In this document: positions 62,280 to 64,000 of the stretch, piece after piece
Layout of the letters: each line of letters starts with the position of its first letter
Position numbering within the stretch: position 1 is the stretch's first letter
Assembly (NCBI GenBank): GCA_028534125.1
Contig: CM052817.1
Span: 23,686,001-23,750,000 of the forward strand
Direction of reading: 5' to 3'
From: Lama glama
Taxonomy: Eukaryota
Length of the DNA: 64,000 nt
Made by a program: the position numbers and the translations under genes
Notes under the pieces: generated by a model
Databases searched by the model: none
The model's input: only the letters and a program-made list of their open reading frames with translations
What the model was told of the DNA's origin: nothing

Positions 62280-62850
62280 TAAGTGAGACATTAATGTGAC
62301 TAGAAAACTTATCCACTCCAGGCATCTATTCTTCAACATCCCTACCAAGCTGCTGTTGTACAGGTTTTGTTAGAATAGTTGCAAAAGCAGAAAAGTTATT
62401 TTTCCTTTTGGGACAACTCCTTCAGTTATCGGGAAGTTCAACCTATCAAAGACTTATTCCTTATAATGATCCAAAAATCCTTCTCTATAAAATTTTCCCC
62501 TGTTGGTCCTTACTTCAACTCAGTGTGAATACAGAAGTGATCTGTCTCATCTTCAACAGGAGAGTACTTCAGATTATAAGAGCCGTTTCTGTGTCCTCAT
62601 TCTCTTCCTCTTCCTTCTCCTGGCTAGGTGTCTTCCCCCATTCATAAAACATGATTTCTAGTCTTTTCAATATCTGAGTCTCTCTTCTCTGAATGCACTC
62701 CAAGACTTTTCGTGCACGCCCCACACTCTTCAGTGTGGTGCCCATTATTCCAGGTGTAGGCTGAAAGGGAGAGTAGATTCAGAACATCTTCTCACTTGGA
62801 ACTAAGTTCTCTATTTCAGTCAATGTTCTGAAATGGTGCTGTCATCAGAA
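62280..62850 (-). mobile_element. CR1/L3 LINE fragment
   Basis: cttctctgaatgcactccaag...cagtgtggtgccc...tattccaggtgtaggctga and aaattttcccctgttggtcctt match antisense L3. Confidence 0.7.
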
Positions 62851-64000
62851 AGCTGACTGGCAGGCAGGCAGAGGCCCTCCAAATTGGCATTTACCTTATT
62901 GATCTCATCATTGTCATTCCCGAGTTTTGCCTGCCTGGTGACTTCGGTGGCAGTAAGGACCTATGCTTCAGAGATACAGTCACACTAAGCTTAAAAGAAA
63001 AGATTAGCCATGCATGTACTCTAGCTGGCCTTCTCTCCCTGAAGGAAAACCACCTCCTGCAAAATAAAATTATAATCTAAAATTGATTGGTGAGCACAGA
63101 ATCAGGGCGAAGAGAATTAGTTCAGCATTTCAATATTTAATTGCTTCAGGGTTCTGACAGTTACATCCATCATCAGAGTCGAGAGATACCTGCTACCAAA
63201 ACCAGGCATGGTGAATCTTTTATCAGTGTACTCTCTCCCCAGGACAGAACTAGGACGAGAAGCTGCTGTCATTGATTGCCTAATGGTCTTGCTTTTCTAT
63301 ATTTTATGCTAATTAATCCCTGTTTCTAATAAATAATTCTTTTTTAGATTCATTAATATCTTCTTTCATCTTCTTCTGGCCAGGAGGCCAACTTCTTTCT
63401 TCAAGGTGACTTTGAATCTCATCATTTTGGATGGATTTTATAATTCTTATCAAACAGTCTTGTTTCTCTGTTTTCCAAATTCTAAGAGAGCTCCTATCAC
63501 CCAGGTCAATTTATGTGACCAAGTAACTAGTCTTATAAAAATTTAGCCACATGCGTACGTAAGATCCTTTCTGTTCTTTTTCTTCCTTCTCTCTCTGTGC
63601 CATTTAGTGGGAGCTCTAGCAGATTCTGGACAGTTTGACTATGAGAATTCAGTGATTAACATTAGCCCTTTGGATATCAATCTTCTGGCATATCTTTGAG
63701 GACCACTAATATCTCTGATTGGACCCTCTCTGCCTGCATGGCTTTATAGAGAAGGCAAAAGGTCTCCTCTATCCAACTTTCCATTGTCTTCCTATTTTTT
63801 CGAAAGCATTTCCAATTATAGTTGAAAGCACTTGGCTCCCTCAAAAGACTCTGAAATGTGAATATTTTCAAACTTCAAACAAACAAAGATTATAAAGGAT
63901 CCAGGAATAAAGAAGATCAGAGTAGCAATGTAAAAGCCTTGTGTTTTTCTTAAATATCCAAATGGAAATACTTTTTCATGTTTTTCCTTAGTGAGGTAAC

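Noticed and set aside
1..64000. Prokaryote-style systems (CRISPR array, operon, defence island, prophage)
   Set aside because: The sequence is mammalian, repeat-rich and non-coding. I saw no long ORFs and no regularly spaced repeat-spacer array.

Overview
Mammalian, AT-rich, CpG-poor, mostly non-coding genomic DNA. It is most likely camelid, judged from the young L1 3' ends at 33.7 kb and 54.4 kb and from seeing no Alu, BovB/Bov-tA or PRE SINEs. Much of the window is interspersed repeat: L1 of several ages, L2, MIR, CR1/L3, MaLR/ERVL/ERV1 solo LTRs, and Tigger7/MER44, MER5 and MER91 DNA transposons. There is also a 500-N assembly gap. No ORF in the supplied track is a credible gene; several are transposon remnants or microsatellite artefacts. 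The only gene-like signal is a clean 36-nt minus-strand exon candidate at 3759-3794, with possible promoter or first-exon sequence to its right; I could not name the gene. I see no evidence of a new biological system. The best observations are structural: a poly(A)-tailed, MIR-containing insert inside an L1MB, an old L1 in three collinear blocks of alternating orientation, a non-repeat ~115-bp duplication 1.1 kb apart, and an ERV1 solo LTR with an intact TSD. Repeat family names come from recalled consensus sequences, not a database search, and boundaries are approximate.
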